Under the pieces are notes generated by a model. That model worked only from the letters and a program-made list of their open reading frames with translations, made no database searches and was not told the origin of the DNA. Made by a program: the position numbers and the translations under genes. From Harriotta raleighana (lineage: Eukaryota), in contig JBNZDD010013692.1 of the NCBI GenBank assembly GCA_050575255.1, positions 3,473,379 through 3,537,378 of the forward strand: a stretch of 64,000 nt of DNA, written 5' to 3'. Below are positions 1 to 10,513 of this stretch, piece by piece. Position 1 is the stretch's first letter, and each line of letters opens with the position of its first letter.

Positions 1-573
1 TAGTGTTGGGGAAAATAGATTTTGCCTGTAGTCCAGACAGACATTATCAGGTGTTCTTTGTGAAGCTCAGGACCGTTAGCTGGTAACACAAAGCGAGGAA
101 TCTTGAGCTCAGACTCCCCCCCCCCCCACCTCCCCAACCACACGTCTTAATATCGAAATCTTATTACCTGCACAACTGGAATCAAACGANAACCCCCCCC
201 CCCCCCCCCCCCCCACCTCCCCAACCACACGTCTTAATGTCGAAATCTTATTACCTGCACAACTGGAATCAAACAATTTTTTCTTTTGGTTGTAAATAAA
301 GTGGACCACATGCACAACGAACCCGCGCTAATCCATTAGGTTTTGAAGTCAGGCGTCAGGCAAAAAGGTTACACGTGTAGAAAATGTGCATCCCACGTAT
401 GGCTTGGGAAAGCCTGTTTATCGAACGAATCGTGCTGTACAGTTTTTGCGTGCTGTATCAGGGAAGGCTGCGACGGGGAAATTGAAATGTACATTGGATG
501 TCGTTCGATACAGTTTGCGCCGTGAATTGGTTCAGCATCAAAGCTGATAAAACTTTGGCCGCCCAAAAATAGA

Positions 574-630
574 TGTGTGTGTGTGTGTGTGCAATGTGTG
601 TGTGTGTCTGTGTGTGTGTATGCAGTGTGT
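574..630. repeat. Interrupted (GT)n microsatellite
   Basis: Direct reading. Confidence 0.95.
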
Positions 631-1249
631 ACGATGGCACAGATAAACAAAGTCAGCAAGCAGTCTTTTCAATATTCATGCATTTTTATGATTTGATTTG
701 CGGGGATTATTCGGGGGGGGCAAAGAACTGCAATAAGTAATTTTTTTAAAAAAAAAGTACACACACGTCATTTAAAATTTAAAGCTGAGTGGATCCTGGT
801 CAACTAGCTACCAAGGCGGAGGAACAACCAATGCCAAAGGTGGAACCAACTGAGAAATTAAATAAGCGTTATTGGTTGTGTTTGGATTTATTTGTTGTAG
901 TTTATGCGCAATTCACATCCTCGCTGGTAGATATTTTGTGACAGTGTAAGATAGAGATTGTGGTCATTGCATTGTGACTTTCTAACCCCCACACAGATTC
1001 CCCTATTTCCACTAGAGATCACAGTGAAAGCATGAGTGTGTGAGAGAGAGGGAGCGATCTTAGGTTTAAGCAACAAAACATAATCCTGAATCAGTGCTGA
1101 ATGAACTTTACAGTGAGGCAACGCTATATTACAAGACAAAGGAGTAAGCGCTGTTTATTTTTGAAAGCTGATTGCCACAAAACGTTAGTATTGGAGTTAA
1201 ACAGCAGATTTTTGTTTGCAAAGCAAAGAACAAAGTCTGTTTAATAAAG

Positions 1250-4200
1250 GTGTATCGTTAGTGCTTCTGGCGTTTTATTGGCAAATTGAAAAGGACAAAC
1301 TGCATTAATTTCTCTGAACACTGGAGTATTTGAATCACATTAGTGAATATTTGATTTATACATTAATTGCAAAGCATTACAACCAGAAAATATATATATA
1401 AAAAATGAAACTGCAATATAGTATACTACAAAGCAACCACTTTTCGTGAGAAGCGAGACAGGTGTTAAAGATTAATCTTACAATTTTAATGCATTATAAC
1501 TTTCTCGTTATGAGACTGCAACAGGATACAATTTCAGTGGCTTTTTTTGTCATACAATATCAAAATCAAATCGAATCTGAGTTTATAAATTATCATAACA
1601 ATACACGTATGATGAATGTATAATATGAGATGTATAAGCAATTTTAATGTTTATACATTCTGAGAGAGTTTCTAACAATCACCATACTCATCTTGTCTAG
1701 TGTTTTGTCTTTTCACTGCAATATTTTTGCCTGCATATCAAAAGGTGATGGATTTTAGGGCTTGGTAATTAAACACACTGTAGGAAAAAAATAATTGTGT
1801 ATTCCCATTCACGATCAAGTACTCCCAGATCAGATATCCAACAGATTCCATAATAATCCACCTCTATTCTTCCCACAGAATGTATCTTAGCCCATGCCTC
1901 AACTCAACAGCAACTCCAATGGCACCGCTTGTTTTTCTTCCAATTTCCCACACCAGCCACTCGACGGCCTCACTGAATGTTGCCATGGCTTTAAATTGTC
2001 CCAACTTGTGGGCAGTGTGTGCTGTGAAACTGGGCTTCCAATTCACTTCAGTCTCCAGAAATCTGTAGAGGAGACATTGACTCCCACCAGTTTGAGCAGA
2101 ACTCAGGGCAATGCTTTACTCCCAATCTTGTCATCCAGCCCCTTGTGGGTTTCTTTTTAAAAAATAATAAAACATGACTTTTGTAGAATTTGGTTTTGTT
2201 ACAAGAAAAGGGTAAGCTTTTGACCACGCTGTTTCTTTATTACCAGATGAGATGACAGGGCTGAACTCTGCAATGTGCATGAGGTTAAAGATTAGATTTA
2301 GCTTCTAGTCACTGAGAGGCGGTTGTGGTAGGCAAAGGAATGCATGATTTTTGTTCTATTGTCACATTAGCCAAGTTTGACAGCGTTTGTACAAAACATG
2401 TATTGCACTACTCCAAACTACCTGTGCAATTTCCTAGTCATACAAATTGCCAAAAAAAAGAATCTACACTACCTTTCCCATGTTAAAATATCGAGAATGA
2501 GACACGCAGATTAATGAGCTTTTAAAGTACATCTCCAAAATTTTAATGACCAAAAGACACAAAACATTCATACCATTTATAATGATGAACATCTTTAGTT
2601 TTATTTATGTATAGTTGCTCAGTCACGTGTATATACAAAACAGATGTATAGAGTATCCACATGGCAGCAGACCATAGGGTTTTTTTTAACCTCTTATAAG
2701 CAAGTCCCCCCAAAAAAGCACTCCTCAATAAGTGCAAAGAAACTGCAATTCAAGCGGTTCTTGAACAGGGCAATACAGCCACAGGACAACAATGAGCTGA
2801 ACTGATATCCAGACGCACACACAATGATTGGCTCTAACCGAGTGTCAAGAGTAAGCATCTACAACAGATTTAGCAGACTCCATGAGTAACCTTCAACATG
2901 CCAGCATCTATTAAACTGTACAGACAATGGCAGCAACGCTATTGTAGGAAGATTCGTCTCGCATCAGAGCAGTTTGGGGGCTAATGCATGGGAAAAACTC
3001 TGAGTTGCCAAACAGAACAGATTTACCCATTCACCACTCAATGAAGGCATGAATGAAAGCAGGGAACAGCTGATCTACGTGGAGTGAATAAAAGGGGAGT
3101 GGATTAAGCTTCTAAAATTTATCGGATCAATTCTATATCCAGACAGCTAGATAGGTATACGATTGAAGTGTGTATAAGTTTATACACAGGTGTTCGCCCA
3201 TGTTTCTGTTGTAATTAGCTGTTCACACACAAAGGGAAAAATAAAACAGTAGACAAAAATTTACAAAACTATACTGAAAAACTTTTGTTTCCTTACCCAA
3301 ATCCCATGCGCATGCCACAATGATACTGGCAAGACCTTCCCATTCAAATATTCACTTAAAACCATGGGGGGGAAAAAATCAGGAACACAAATCGATCAAC
3401 TTTCAAGGGGTCAACATGTCCATTTGCCTAGAGGATATGTGTTTGGGATTGCTAATTGCTCCAAACAATTTAAGTTGAATATCATAATATCTTGAATATC
3501 AAATCATTGTTTGGCTCCCCCTCTATCCACCGATTAGAGACATAAGGAAATCTGCAGGCAGCACCTATTCTATTCAATGCTTACACCACTCTGTCCACGG
3601 TTCTTACACTACAGTCTGAAGGTGCTGCGGAATATTAACACTGTCCTAATGCCATTCTCCTCCATCTCAACGTAGATCAGTAAATTTAAACCGCTCAATC
3701 GAATCCAGAAATTCTACTGTATTCAATTATAAAAGATGTAAGAATCGAATTAATACTTTATCAAACACTATTTACAACATAGGTTGCTAATAATACAGAA
3801 TTTAAACAATGTATTATTTTTTTTTTCCTTTTTGCCCTCCAAGAAGGGACAAATCAATGCACTAAACTGATACTAAATGTTATGGACTATAACAGGATAC
3901 ACAGTATCCACTGAACACACTGATCCTTATTTCCCTGCTTGCTGTAAATTAAAAAAAACACAAAAAGTGTGTGTGGTTCACTGTCCTGCATCGTTCCCAG
4001 TTCTTATTACAGTCCTGGAAAGTATGTGGTATAACTGTGTAATAATGAACCGAATGTGGATTACAATGCATCACAAATCTCATAGAGCAGATTAAATGGT
4101 CAGAAATTAATCTTGTGCAAAAGAATCAACAGTTAGTTTTTTTATATATACTGTATAACAGTCTGGAAAAAAAAGCAATGATAACAACTTGCAGTTGATT

Positions 4201-5175
4201 CCAATCCAGTTTTTTTCAGGAAATAAAAAAATTGCAGTATTTTTACATTCTCAGTTCATTTGTTTTTCCAATCATGGAACATGGGTGTTCAAAACTGCAA
4301 GAAAAAACGGTTGTCTGTAGTGCCCCAGAATCGATCTTTTAAACACGTGAAAAGTAGCCCACAATTACAAAAGGAAACAGCATTTCTAATCTACATTTTA
4401 ACCCCTGTTTCACATTGTCCTGTAAAAAGCTGGTAGCCTACCGCTAACTGACCCATTCCTCACTTATGCAGTGTTTCTCATTCATTTCAGACATTACTGA
4501 GTGTACATACACCTTCTACAAAAACACAAAGCCCCGCTTGTAGACTAATGATACAGAGGAAAGGTGTTCAAAAACACAAAATACTGTACTACAGACAGGG
4601 TCAGTGACTGCACCAGTTTAGGGACTCTCCCTTAAGAGACACGCTTTCAATTATAAACTCCCGAGAGATAGGGTTATATCTATTCGTAATATCTCCCCTC
4701 AAGCTCCCTCAAGACATGGTGATACGATGCCTTGCGTGATCATCTTACGGTACTGAGTGAGAAGGTATAAATATTGCATGGAGGAGTAAACCCCTCTTGG
4801 GCTTGTGTTCAATTTCCTTATTCTTCAGTGACCACATCTGCCACTATTGTTTCTCGTCTGCACTTGGATGATGAGTGCTAAGCCACCTCAGGGTTTTTTT
4901 TTTACAAAAAGGAGGAACGTGCAGGAAAATAAGAATCATTAGTCTCAAAATATAATTTGGCATTTTTTTTGGGGGGTGGGGGGGGGTTGGGGGTGGGGGT
5001 TTTTATCAGTTTGGATATATCATCCCTCTTGAATTGCTCTCTACTCTCCTGACAGAATATAAATCTTATGTCTGGAATACACTGAATGTCCCCCTCTTCA
5101 ATGGAGCAGTTACAAGGACCCACGATGTTTGGAGATCCGGCCATGCTCTGTCTGAGGTTCCTTGGATTCTGAGCA
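1250..5175 (-). other. efna5: Probable long efna5 3'UTR; distal end uncertain
   Basis: Follows the stop codon, AT-rich and repeat-poor. Minus-strand AATAAA candidates include 1274-1279, 1154-1159 and 887-892. The true end cannot be fixed without transcript data. Confidence 0.55.
1805..2050 (-). mobile_element. Degenerate LF-SINE-like relic within the putative 3'UTR
   Basis: Minus strand CACAGCACACACTGC..TTCAGTGAGGCC..GCTGGTGTGGGAAATTGGAAG..TCTGATCTGGGAGTACTTGAT is colinear with 37200-37400 (CACAGCAAAACTGC..CTCAGAGAGGTC..GCTGGTGGGGAAATTGAAA..CCTGACCCGGCACTACTTGAT). Confidence 0.55.
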
Positions 5176-5297
5176 CTACAATGTCAAAAACGTCAGGCAA
5201 AGAAACAGTGAGGAGGCCAAAAGTAGCTGGGATATCCTCGGTATTGGAGCCGCATCGTGATCACTGCGAGACGGCTCAGCTTCATGGATGGTGTCAT
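5176..5297 (-). CDS. efna5: Ephrin-A5 terminal coding exon 5 with GPI-anchor signal and stop codon
   Basis: Translates (D)DTIHEAEPSRSDHDAAPIPRISQLLLASSLFLCLTFLTL*, with a hydrophobic C-terminus typical of GPI-anchored A-class ephrins. Acceptor ttgcacAG, TAG at 5176-5178. Confidence 0.96.
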
Positions 5298-5479
5298 CTG
5301 TGCAAATGGGAGTAGAGAGAAGACAGTGCGGTTACAGCAAAAGACAAGTCAAAACATTCGAACCTCCATTCCTTCAGTCACAGCAAGGGCACGCACGCTC
5401 CTTGGGCAAAACTATTTTACTGCTAAACTGCCATCATGCGGCTTATCAATCTGTGTTAGTTCTTTTTTTAATCCTAAAA

Positions 5480-5635
5480 ATAATAATCCTTACTTTTGAT
5501 ACAGCACATTATCACGTTGTTGAGACGTCTCAAAGTGCCTCATGGGATATACTTTAAATACTTTAAAGTGATTGACGTGAATTTTTTGGGTGAAATGCGG
5601 CAGCCTAGTGCAGACAGCAATGTCCCACAAACACC
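5480..5635 (-). mobile_element. SINE 3' fragment in intron 4
   Basis: Reverse complement of the same SINE tail (AATAATAATCCTT..GAGACGTCTCAAAGTGC..TGTCCCACAAACA). Many more such tails occur, e.g. near 27250, 34780, 35050, 35445, 36738, 37450, 46410, 53320, 59980 and 63340. Confidence 0.8.
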
Positions 5636-6842
5636 CGTGGAGTGAGCATTTTTTGCATTTCTGTCATTTTAAAAAGAAACGGGGCATTCTGACATTGATT
5701 AAATCAAGAGGAAAAAAATATCAATGCAGATTCACGCAGAGATGGAGTGGTGGGTGATAACACTGATAACATGGGGGCTTAAGCTATTTTAAGAAAGAAT
5801 ATTTAGGCTGTTAGCGAATAATAATTCTTGCATTTGGTATATGCTTCACACGCATTGATACAAGTGATGGTTGGTGCAATTGTCCTTTTGTTTACATAAA
5901 ATAAATGTAATGATGAATATTGATAGCTGATTTTCTCATCAAAAATAGTTAGGAAAACTTTTTAACAGCAGCTCTAACAAAATCAGACTTGCATTATGGA
6001 ATCATGTACTTATTAGTACATTAGGCAATTGTCTAGATATTATTTTGGATAATATTTAAAATAAATTCTAAGCAGTTTGTTCATTGAAACTGTACAGTTT
6101 CAGGTTGCCTGCGGAGACCTTCCTCTTTGATCTTGTCTATCTACAGTCACCTTCCCCCTGGCTTCCCCCTGCATCAAGCTCCTCCAGTGTTAAGTGCACT
6201 GGGGCGCCGTCCAGCATGGAGGGCGCAAGTTGCTTTTTTGGTTGCATTCTTCTTTTCAAAAAATTATATTGGATTAAGAGAACAACTAAGAGAACATCTC
6301 ACTGCGTTACTACGAATGCAATCACAATGAACTATACTTTTCCAGACTGGCAACAGCTAAATTGCAAAGGAAGTACACTTATCCTACCAGATGCCGTTAG
6401 TTATGAGGAAATAATGTAAATATTCTCCATACGTTGCTCAGAAGGAACAACCTGAATTACTGGCTGTAAATTCTTTACAACAAAAAAAGACAACTCTCTT
6501 TTTTCTCTGCAGTCCCTGAAAGTAATGTTAGTGTGGTATTTGTTTACTGTTGTCTCTGGTCTCTGAATTGAAGCCCATTATTTATTGGCTCTTGGGAGGA
6601 GGCAGGAATGTTTTTGTTCTTAAATATATACAAATAGCAGTTGGAAAAACTTAAAAGTTTGAACCTCGCTACCCTCCTTTGGACAGTGGAATCTTTGTCC
6701 GAGACATCAGTCTGCGAGACATCTTTCAAAATTAAATAGGATTTCACATTTACATTAAATATCAATAAGGAGAACAATTAATTGCAATCCTTGTTTTTGC
6801 AAACTACTTCAGTTGTCCACTGGTATTTGGTAATGCTGTTTA

Positions 6843-7850
6843 TAGAATCATAGAATTTTACAGCACAAAAGGAGGCCATTTGGCCCATCGAGTCTGTGCC
6901 AGCTGTTTGAAAAGATCTGTTCAAAGTCAATCCCCCTCCCCGGCTCTCTCCACATAACCCTGCAAACCCATCCTCCCCAAATAACCACCCACCTCTCTTT
7001 TAAAAGTTGTTATCAAATAGGCCTTCTCCACCCTTTAAGGCAATACATTCCAGAATCGAACAACTCACTGCGTGAAAAAATGTCTCCATATCCCACCTCT
7101 GCTTCTTTTAAATATATTTTAAATCTGTGACCTCAAGTCACTGACACACCCACCAGTGGAAAGTTTTCCCTGTTTACCCTATCGAATGCCCTCATGATTT
7201 TAAAAACCTCTATTAGGTCTCCTCATAACCTTCTCTGCTCTGGTGAGAATAATCCTAGCCTCTCTATCCTTTCCTCATATCCAAAATCCCTCATTCCTGG
7301 TACCATCCTAGTAAATCTCCTCTGCAACCTTTCCAATGCCTTGATATCCTCCCTAAAGTGTGGTGCTCAGAATGAACACAGTATTCTAGCTGAAGCCTAA
7401 GCAATGTTTTATACAGGTGCGTCATAACTTCCTGACTTTTGTACTCTATGCACTATTTATAAAACCTAGTATCCCGTATACTTTTTTAACAGCCTTATCC
7501 ACCTGTCCTGCCGCCTTCAAATAATTACTTACATGAACCCCCAGGTCTCTCAGTTCCTTCACCCCACCCCCCCCCCTTAAGATTGTACTATCTAGCCTAC
7601 ATTGCCTCTGCTCATTCTTCTTCCCGAAATGCATCATCTCACATTTCTCCACATTAAACTTCATCTGCCATGTGTCTGCCCATTTTACCATTCTGTCTAT
7701 GTCTTCTTGCAGTCTGCTATTCTCCCCCTCACTATTTACTACTTTACCTAACTTTGTATAAAGATCATTTATATATATTAAAAAGAGCAGCCGGCCCAAT
7801 ACCAATACCATCCCTGGGAGACCCTACTGTACACTTCCCTCCTGTCATAA
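6843..7850 (-). mobile_element. 5'-truncated CR1-clade LINE (reverse transcriptase C-terminus and 3' tail), inactive
   Basis: ORF 7446-7811 contains LFLIYINDL...LQEDIDRMVKWADTWQMKFNVEKCEMMHFG...RDLGVHV, typical of CR1 RT, but the FADD catalytic segment is deleted. The tail ends GATGGGCCAAATGGCCTCC...ATTCTATGATTCTAT. Confidence 0.93.
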
Positions 7851-7889
7851 TAACAACCGTTCAAAATATCTCACAGCCAGTTTTGGATC

Positions 7890-8255
7890 CACGCTACCAT
7901 TTCCCCCCCCACCGTCTCTCTGACCTGATTTCCTCATATGAACCTGCCCGCCTCCTCTGTTCAACGGGCTCCAACCATGTCCCCCGCCCAACCATTGGTG
8001 GCCGGGCTTTCAACCTCTCTGCCCCCCACACTCTAGAACTCCATCCCACACTCCCTTCACCTCGCTCCCTCCCTTGCCTCTTTCAAGGCCAGTCTCAAAA
8101 CCTTCCTCTTTCATCGTGCCCTGCTGCCCTCCCAAGTCTCTCCCTCCCCTCTACCCTGCCCCTCTCCCTTGCTCAGGTCGCAACCTGCTGTTCAGCACGT
8201 TGGGATGTCCTCCTGACGTGAAAGGCGCTCTATAAATGTAATTTTGTTATTGTTT
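7890..8255 (+). mobile_element. L2-clade LINE 3' fragment
   Basis: Encodes LSDLISSYEPARLL..TIGGRAF..AP, typical of the L2 ORF2 end. A pyrimidine-rich 3'UTR follows, then the tail GTGAAAGGCGCTCTATAAATGTAATTTTGTTATTGTT. Confidence 0.85.
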
Positions 8256-9776
8256 TCCCTTTGATAGCATGGGCTACTAATTTTCTTACAAGTCTCTTAT
8301 GTGGCACTTTGTCATATGCCCTGACAAAGTAAAATGTTTAATCTAAGTAAAATGGTCACTAAAATTTAAGAGCAAGTTTGCACATGCCAGAAGCCACAAC
8401 ATATTCCAATAATTAACAGTCTAGTTTTGTGGGATAAGATGTGGACATTTTGTCCTTTTATTCCAAATTAGAATCTTTTGTTCCTTGAGATACAATACTG
8501 TCGACTGCTATCTTTGATGTAGCTCAGAAGCCAATTGTTGGTGGAAGATCGAGTTTGCAAACTTTGCATAGGAAATGGGGATGATGTACAGATTTATTAT
8601 CATTGTGGTTGACAGTCTTAAGTAAGATCAATGGATTTTTTTTAAAAAGAAAAGAACGACCAGGATATGCCCACAGATTATCGGACCCTGGCAGTTAGCT
8701 TTCAATTGACACTCCTCTGGGTAAGACATGGGTTAGAGAATTTGGTTTGGACAAGATTAGAAGAAAATACAATGCCAATTACACTACAAAAACATTGTAT
8801 ACAAATCATATACCAGATATAATTAGAGTAAAAAAAACACAAATTAAGTTTGGACAAGATGATAAGAAAAATCTAATGCGAATTATATTGTATTCAAAAA
8901 AAGCATAGTGTACAATTACACTGAATTGCAGGTCATTTAATTTTAGGTTCTGGTGAGTCCTGAACTCCCATTCATAGATAATTGGGTACAAATGTCAAGT
9001 GTGAAGGAGAAGAGTTTGATTCCATCGTTGTGGACTGGATTTAAACTCAGCTTTCAGGTGTGCGAGCTCAAAGGTCTAATTCACTGTGCCGCTCAGTCCC
9101 CAGAGGAATAAAAAATGACAACAGTGGGTATTTATTTTTCATGTTGCATTTGCTAAAAGATTGGCAGTAATAATGCGTGCAACTAACAAAATCATATGCA
9201 CCCAGAGACATAAATGTTGACGGCAGACTTTAATGAAAAGGACAACATTAAAAGTCAGAAACACACGTCAATATGCTCCAAAAGATTAACCTTGTGCAGT
9301 ATTTCTGCTCAGGGTACTGAAATAGGCAGACAGGAAATCCAGCAAAATGAGGGGTTTGGAAGCATATCGTACAGTGACAATATTGTCAGTTCTCATGAAT
9401 ACACTGCCTATATAGCACATTAGAGCTGTATGTAAACCCCTTCAGTTTTAGAAATACTCCCCAACATATCAATTGCAAAATTGGTTAGTTGCATGCTTCA
9501 GTTTTCATCATTTGTTAAGACGTTTTATTAAAGCAGTAAGTGAGACTGGATGATCATCCTCCTTTATATAGTTAGGCATATTTTTAAGTTTTGATTTTAA
9601 ACAAAATGCAAAGCCAACAAGTAGAAAAATTAATAGGCAATAGAAATATTGCAATAACTGGATATATTGTCTCAACACATCACATGTATTGGGCAGAACA
9701 TCCGTTTTCATAAAGACTCAAATTATTTTATTTAAAAACATGTCTTCAGCTAACAGCAGTAATAAATCTGGCACAC

Positions 9777-9906
9777 CATGCAAAAGGTTATTGCATCATT
9801 CTGTTGCAATATACACAGAGAAAGTTAACGAGGATACCACCATCAAGGACGGAGGGGACGGAGAATTAAAGTAACGTTTCAACATTGAACCCATGCAGGG
9901 CATGCA
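9777..9906 (-). promoter_or_regulatory. Three UGCAUG (Rbfox-type) elements downstream of exon 4
   Basis: Plus-strand CATGCA at 9901-9906, 9892-9897 and 9777-9782. Confidence 0.6.
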
Positions 9907-9986
9907 GACTGTGAGGGAGGTTCAATACTGGACAGAAGAAAGAGGGGAGAGACGCACTTGTTAAAAGTATCTCTAAGCATACTAAC

Positions 9987-10067
9987 CTGCTGGTTCTAAT
10001 GAACTGTCTACTCTGTCGTTAGGATCGAAAACACTTTCATGTACACCTACAGTTTTCGAACAGCTGT
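9987..10067 (-). CDS. efna5: Ephrin-A5 coding exon 4, 81 bp (symmetric, skippable in frame)
   Basis: Translates (N)SCSKTVGVHESVFDPNDRVDSSLEPA(D), versus human NSCMKTIGVHDRVFDVNDKVENSLEPAD. Acceptor ttctatAG, donor GTTAGT. Confidence 0.96.
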
Positions 10068-10104
10068 CTATAGAACAACAAAAATAGAAATAATAGCCAA
10101 ATAT

Positions 10105-10111
10105 GTTAGTG
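10105..10111 (-). promoter_or_regulatory. Consensus branch point CACTAAC for exon 4
   Basis: Minus strand reads cACTAAC followed by a U-rich tract. The branch A lies 39 nt upstream of the exon 4 acceptor. Confidence 0.7.
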
Positions 10112-10447
10112 TGACATTGTTTATTTCCCTTTTTTTCTTTCTCCTTTTTTTTCCACTCTTTGCACGTGCACTTTGTGTACAAGCCAAAAGTGCGGTTGCA
10201 TTCGTCCATTTGTTTTAACCAGGAATGCTCGCAGAAACAACAAGTTAGCAACTGCTGTAAAAGCTCAGTGGAGAATGGTAAGAAAAAGAAATACGATGGA
10301 AACCAAACCACAAAAATGCGGTGTGCAGAACAGATACCACACGAGATTACACGGTTCAAAAGAAAAGTAATTTACCACTGTTTACAATACTGTATAAAGC
10401 ATGCGCTTTAATGCTAACTCTTGAACCCAAGTCACTTAGTCACTTAC

Positions 10448-10513
10448 TTGAATGTCGCACAAGAACTTTGAGTTTTAAACAAGTCTTCTTTCCATTATCT
10501 GGGATAGCTGAAG
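10448..10513 (-). CDS. efna5: Ephrin-A5 coding exon 3, 66 bp
   Basis: Not called in the ORF track. Read manually as (S)SAIPDNGKKTCLKLKVLVRHS(N), versus human [21 protein letters not shown]. Acceptor tttacAG, donor GTAAGT, phase 1-1, in frame with exon 2. Confidence 0.96.

Noticed and set aside
7670-8221. 183-aa ORF
   Set aside because: Chimeric reading across antisense CR1 and an L2 3' fragment, not a gene.
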